Shown one piece after another: positions 58,501 through 64,000 of a stretch of DNA of 64,000 nucleotides. The stretch is from Lingula anatina (taxonomy: Eukaryota; Animalia; Brachiopoda). A program made the position numbers and the translations under genes. Numbering within the stretch: the stretch's first letter is position 1; every line of letters starts with the position of its first letter. Location: positions 992,001 through 1,056,000 of the forward strand of contig CM120649.1 of the NCBI GenBank assembly GCA_051362555.1, in the 5' to 3' direction. Below the pieces are notes generated by a model, which saw nothing but the letters and a program-made list of their open reading frames with translations, made no database searches and was not told the DNA's origin.

Positions 58501-59604
58501 TAACAGTCTGATATGTAGTCAACACAATATCTTGTTGTTGTATATTATTATATTATTTATTTATTTTAGTTTAAATCCATACCTTACTATCTGTAGTAAC
58601 AGTCTGATATGTAGTCAACACAATATCTTGTTGTTGTATATTATTATATTATTTATTTACTTTAGTTTAAATCCATACCTTACTATCTGTAGTAACAGTC
58701 TGATATGTAGTCAACACAATATCCTGTTGTTGTATATTATTATATTATTTATTTATTTTAGTTTAAATCCATACCTTACTATCTGTAGTAACAGTCTGAT
58801 ATGTAGTCAACACAATATCCTGTTGTTGTATATTATTATATTATTTATTTATTTTAGTTTAAATCCATACCTTACTATCTGTAGTAACAGTCTGATATGT
58901 AGTCAACACAATATCCTGTTGTTGTATATTATTATATTATTTATTTATTTTAGTTTAAATCCATACCTTACTATCTGTAGTAACAGTCTGATATGTAGTC
59001 AACACAATATCCTGTTGTTGTATATTATTATATTATTTATTTATTTATTTTAGTTTAAATCCATACCTTACTATCTGTAGTAACAGTCTGATATGTAGTC
59101 AACACAATATCTTGTTGTTGTATATTATTATATTATTTATTTATTTATTTTAGTTTATATCCATACCTTACTATCTGTAGTAACAGTCTGATATGTAGTC
59201 AACACAATATCTTGTTGTTGTATATTATTATATTATTTATTTATTTAGTTTAAATCCATACCTTACTATCTGTAGTAACAGTCTGATATGTAGTCAACAC
59301 AATATCCTGTTGTTGTATATTATTATATTATTTATTTATTTTAGTTTAAATCCATACCTTACTATCTGTAGTAACAGTCTGATATGTAGTCAACACAATA
59401 TCCTGTTGTTGTATATTATTATATTATTTATTTATTTTAGTTTAAATCCATACCTTACTATCTGTAGTAACAGTCTGATATGTAGTCAACACAATATCCT
59501 GTTGTTGTATATTATTATATTATTTATTTATTTTAGTTTAAATCCATACCTTACTATCTGTAGTAACAGTCTGATATGTAGTCAACACAATATCTTGTTG
59601 TTGT
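55590..59604. repeat. ~96-bp minisatellite, ~42 copies, derived from an HLTF exon 3' end plus 5' splice site
   Basis: Minus-strand unit CAACAACAGGATATTGTGTTGACTACATATCAGACTGTTACTACAGATAGTAAG|GTATGGATTTAAACTAAAATAAATAAATAATATAATAATATA; the last unit is continuous with exon 59693-59550. Confidence 0.95.
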
Positions 59605-60198
59605 AGAACTTGAGCACTCTTACATCTAGAAGGTCCATAGAATACATTGATGGCAAGATGAACTCTCTCATCTACGTGGTCTTCTAGTTGGTCCTAAAGT
59701 ATAAAATAGACAAATGTTTGGTGAGAAATATCTGTCTGCTGAAGAAAGTAAACACACAAAATGAGTGTAAGAACTCAAAAGGATAATAACTGTTCGTTTT
59801 GGCCAAAAAATAAATTTTCCTTGACTAAACAACAATTTTCCCATGCCAATTGTTACTGAATCCATTTCTACATTTAAAGTCAGTCCCTGATTTTTTACTA
59901 AAAGGTTTTTTTTTTGTAATAATCTCTTAAGATTGAAGTACTTAAGATTAAGAGATTATTACAGATTATGACCATCTAGGTCACGTGGTCTGATGACAAG
60001 CTCAGATATCAGAATAATAGCTATAACTGCCATTTCTGTGAATTATTTACGTTTTTATAATTACACTATATCTAGTGAACAATGTTTTTTCCCTGTTCCA
60101 TTTTGATGCAATTTTACATAAAACTCAACAGCGAAATCACCAACAAATTTTCATTTATAGTACTGGTAATATGGACATACAGAATATGGATAATGTGT

Positions 60199-60229
<31 letters not shown>

Positions 60230-60811
60230 GGGTAATAATTACTTGATCACTTTACTAGAAATCAGTCCAATAATAGTATTACTCCTCCAGAGTAAGATCA
60301 ATTTTGATCTTAAAAGCAGAATAAGTCCCTGTTAAGACCATTTCTATTACAGTTAAGGCCACTTAAAATCATTTGTGATCTGAAATTATGGATTCAGACC
60401 ATTTCAGGCACACCATGACAGCGCACCTAGAGATGGGGTGAGTTGGGTTTAAAGTTCAAGTAGTGACTTCACAAAATAACGAGCAAGCCCTACCATACCT
60501 GTGTCTTCACTGCAAGATATCTAAACTGTAGTTACAGCTCTCACTGAATCCATCAACCTGAACTGACTACCTACTCCAGAGCCTAACATCTTCACTGGTG
60601 AAAATAAAACTAAACACATTCTTAATTCATAATACATAGTGAAATGCAAAAACAAACTGCTGTGGGCTCACACGAGATGGCAACTGGGTCACTGATAAGA
60701 TAACTGTTATAACTCTACTGAACACACATTCATAGTTCATTCTCTCCCACCAGTTTACTGCTGAAAAGAGATAACTGCTCTACATAGAACAGTTCGGTAC
60801 AAGCCCCCAAG

Positions 60812-62764
60812 ATGGCTACAGCTCGCGATGACAGAGATGGAGAAGAAAGCCTACGAGCCAAAATAACTGAAAATTTTGTCAGCTGTCCATTATGCCTTGA
60901 GGAGTACAAAGATCCGACAGATTTACCATGTAGGCATACATTTTGTAAGTGTTGTCTGAAAGACTATACTCCTGACTTAACACCAGGAAGTAAATTCAGA
61001 TGTCCTGTGTGTCAGAAAGAGACTGAAGTTCCTAAAGATGGACTTGAGGGCTTCACTCACAATTTCTACATTGAAAGCTTGCAGGACACTGTACTTCAGC
61101 CAACACATAAGAAAAAGTGCAGCTCTTGTGTTTTGTTGTCCCAAACTGAAACAGTGGCAACTTCAAAATGCATCACCTGTCATGACTACCTATGTGACAG
61201 ATGTTCTCCATTCCACTGTGGTAGCAGACTCACTAAAGATCACAGGGTACTCACTTTTCAACAACTTCACAGTAGTGAGTATCAAAAAGTAATCCAAGAA
61301 CAGCAAAAGATTATCTGCCCAGAGCACAAAGGTGAGATGATACGATACTTTTGTTCACATTGCAATGTCCCCATTTGTCGTGACTGCAAAGATCTACACC
61401 ATGATGGCCACAAACTTATCTCACTTGAAAAAGCTGCAGAGATGGTAAAACCACAACTTCAAGTCAAATTCTGTGGCATGGAGAAAAAATTTGAAAAGGG
61501 TGAGAAATCAATAGATATAATTGATGAAATATTGACAACCCTCCAAGAAAATGAAACCTTAGTTCAGCAGAAGATCAAAACTCGTGCAGCTCATCTACGT
61601 CAACTGGTAGATCAACGAGAGAAAACCTTACTACAGGAGCTTCACCAAACCACCAGCACTCACAGAAATAATTTACAAATTTCCCGCAAAAACTACAGTG
61701 CCACTTGCTCCTCTATCAAAACCACAACAGATGTAGTAAAGAACATCCTTCAACATGGTGCCCCCATAGATGTCCTCATGTTACAACACCAACTTGGACA
61801 GAGACTAGATGAGCTACAGTCCACTTCAGCTGTGGATGATATTCCAGAGGAACTTAAACTCACACTCACCACCAACACAGAAGTGGACCAAGAGATATCC
61901 AGTGGGGCTGGCCTGGGGGATGTGCAGATATCTAGACAGTCAGCTTTGCCCAAGTTCAAACCACAGGCTGAATGTATGCTGGAGTTTGACACTGGCTGTG
62001 GGTTGACAGTGGACATTTCAGTGAGTCCATACAGGGAGTATGTTACTACCCATGGCCAGAGGAACAAGGTGAAGGTTTTTAGTTCAGATGGTACATCAAG
62101 GCAAGAGATCACACGTGTCTCAGACACACAGTTGAAATGTACAGTAGGAATCTGTCACTTTCCTGACGGAAGGATGATTCTATCTGGTATGATCAATAAC
62201 AAACTGTTCATCCTGTCACCACAGTGGGAAGTACAGCAAACTGTAGATGTCAACAACCCATGTGGTGTGGCTCTCAATAATAGCTGCACTAAGATTGCTG
62301 TGGCACAGGGTGGTGAAAAGTCTGTGAGTGTGTTCAGTATTGATATAAAAGGGAAAATAACTTTAACTGATGTGATAAAGGACAAAGATGGGAAACAGTT
62401 GTTCAATGAACCATATAAAGTAGCATATATGAGCAATGGGTGCCTTGTTGTTAGTGATATATCACAAAAGAAACTTCACATCCTAACCCCATCTAGTGAC
62501 CCACTGTATCAGTACACAGGACCTGATAACAAGTTAGGTCGTCCCTTTGGTGTTTGTGTTGATGCATATGACAACATACTGGTTACAGACTGTAATAACC
62601 ACTGCATACACCTTGTATCCCCAGATGGGAAGTTCATCAAGTACATAGCAACCCAAGCTGATGGACTAGCTAATCCACTGGGATGTACCATCAACCAGGA
62701 TAGAGATGTGGTTGTGACTCAAGGGAATGGGAAAGTGAAAGTATTCCAATACTTAGAAAAATGA
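60812..62764 (+). CDS. TRIM-NHL E3 ligase, intronless, 650 aa; copy 2 (paralog of 41882-43837)
   Basis: Same domain architecture. Flanking paralogy: ~60337-60811 with ~41225-41881, and 62765-64000 with 43838-47280. Confidence 0.93.
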   Translation: MATARDDRDGEESLRAKITENFVSCPLCLEEYKDPTDLPCRHTFCKCCLKDYTPDLTPGSKFRCPVCQKETEVPKDGLEGFTHNFYIESLQDTVLQPTHKKKCSSCVLLSQTETVATSKCITCHDYLCDRCSPFHCGSRLTKDHRVLTFQQLHSSEYQKVIQEQQKIICPEHKGEMIRYFCSHCNVPICRDCKDLHHDGHKLISLEKAAEMVKPQLQVKFCGMEKKFEKGEKSIDIIDEILTTLQENETLVQQKIKTRAAHLRQLVDQREKTLLQELHQTTSTHRNNLQISRKNYSATCSSIKTTTDVVKNILQHGAPIDVLMLQHQLGQRLDELQSTSAVDDIPEELKLTLTTNTEVDQEISSGAGLGDVQISRQSALPKFKPQAECMLEFDTGCGLTVDISVSPYREYVTTHGQRNKVKVFSSDGTSRQEITRVSDTQLKCTVGICHFPDGRMILSGMINNKLFILSPQWEVQQTVDVNNPCGVALNNSCTKIAVAQGGEKSVSVFSIDIKGKITLTDVIKDKDGKQLFNEPYKVAYMSNGCLVVSDISQKKLHILTPSSDPLYQYTGPDNKLGRPFGVCVDAYDNILVTDCNNHCIHLVSPDGKFIKYIATQADGLANPLGCTINQDRDVVVTQGNGKVKVFQYLEK

Positions 62765-64000
62765 CATCCTTTACAATGATAAGAGACTGAACAATATGTA
62801 CTTTTCTGACATATCTCAATGATGTAGTATACAAGATGACAAAGCATCCAAATGTAAAGATACAAAGCAAACAAGACAGCAAAGCTGTCAAATGTACTGA
62901 CAAAAAGCAGAAAAGAATAATGGACAGAATAGGATATGGTCCATTCTGGTGCAATAATATGTTACACTTAACTGTAAAATCAACATCATAATTTAATTAT
63001 GCCCAACGGATAATACCAATTAAAGAATAAGCATGGGTTGTTTCCCTGGTACTTATTAATGAATAGATTTTCTTTTATTTCCCTTTCTGTTTGGGTTGAA
63101 TAGATAAAAGCATTGGTAAAAGTAACAATTAAACACTCATTGATAAAGACGTCACATTTAAGCCTTTATGACATCACCTAGTAACAAATAAACAAAACCC
63201 CCTGAAGAAAGAAAGAAACCGGTCGGGGCAAGAAAGTTGAAAGAAAGTTTATTATATATATATATATATATATATAGTAAATTTTAATTAGTTATTTGTC
63301 TATGCCATATTGTTTGTTTAAATGTCATGTTAAAGAATTATATAGATTAAGTATTTTTTAAGAACTTTTATACGTTTGTTACACTACTAAACAATGTTTA
63401 CAAATGTAGTTAATTATAAATTTATTGTTAAGAACTTAATGAACTAATTAATGTAATAACTAGCACGTTCTTATAATTTATCTATATATCTTTGCATGCA
63501 TCTTGATCTGTATGTCTATACATATAAATTCTATTATTTTTTGTTTGTTTGCAACAGGAATCATAAAAAATGTTAATGAAATGGGAAGTAAGTATTATTA
63601 TAGTAACTATCCTTGGTCAATAACATAATATATATTAAAGGGTTTAATTTAACATTATCAACTTAAAATGCTTAAGTTTTACTAATAAAATGAGAAGAGT
63701 CTAACTGATAGTTTTATTGTATGATAGGGATATATAGGTAAACAAATTATAAACATCTGTTTTAGTAAAATATATTTTGTTGCTTCATACAACATATAAA
63801 TGATTATTTGTGCCTAATTTTTGACTGAATGGCAATTTATATATGTATGCTTAAACATATTAAATGGATTCATAAATTTGTACTTTAAAATAAGGTAATG
63901 ATTACAAGATGGATGTAATCACATTTGATTAACCATTATTAATATTTTCAGATAGATGTATTTAAAGGACAGAAAGAGTATTAATTGTCAATTACTAGCC

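Larger units (their letters stand above)
49059..59693 (-). pseudogene. HLTF: Disrupted/partial HLTF (RAD5-like SNF2 helicase) copy
   Basis: Exons: 59693-59550 (DQLEDHV..FYGPSR..QQDIVLTTYQ); remnant 55443-55426 (WQSSAK, preceded by in-frame stops); 54830-54792 + 51024-50946 (VDALMKALIQQRK|DDPTIKSIVVSQFTSFL, split by an insertion); 50655-50475 (RLDGTM..LLSLKAGGMGLNLTAASRVFLMGP); 49952-49872 (AWNPASEEQCFDRCHRLGQ); 49205-49059 (YVVKDSVEE..IKTLFS*). No room remains for the DExH-box or RING exons. Confidence 0.82.

Noticed and set aside
55590-59604. CRISPR-like array or repetitive membrane-protein ORFs (LLYIIILFIYFSLNPY...)
   Set aside because: No unique spacers and no cas genes in a eukaryotic context; the plus-strand ORFs are by-products of a 96-bp unit antisense to an HLTF exon end.
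59668-59865. GMGK as a possible helicase motif I exon of HLTF
   Set aside because: Lacks the ILADDMGLGKT context and convincing splice sites; treated as coincidence.

Overview
AT-rich, intron-rich animal genomic DNA. It is an invertebrate bilaterian; the repeat types and intronless TRIM-NHL paralogs suggest a lophotrochozoan such as a mollusc, but this is not certain. Exon structures were rebuilt by hand from GT-AG boundaries and reading frame. Gene order: chordin-like (CHRDL, +, 11 coding exons), convergent POLD3 (-, 13 exons), divergent LCMT1 (+, 6 exons) sharing a ~340 bp promoter, an intronless tetraspanin (-), and a 15-exon monoamine-oxidase-like gene with a remodelled active site (+). 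These are followed by a tandemly duplicated block carrying two intronless RING-Bbox-CC-NHL TRIM genes (+), with a broken HLTF/RAD5-like helicase copy (-) between them. Main oddities: minisatellites built from exon 3' ends plus splice donors (including ~42 x 96 bp, most copies with a possible in-frame 45-nt exon); substitutions concentrated on one face of the TRIM NHL propellers; CHRDL-POLD3 tail-to-tail linkage as in human; a composite hAT-like element with a 5-bp TSD inside an HLTF exon; several MITE/HINE elements.
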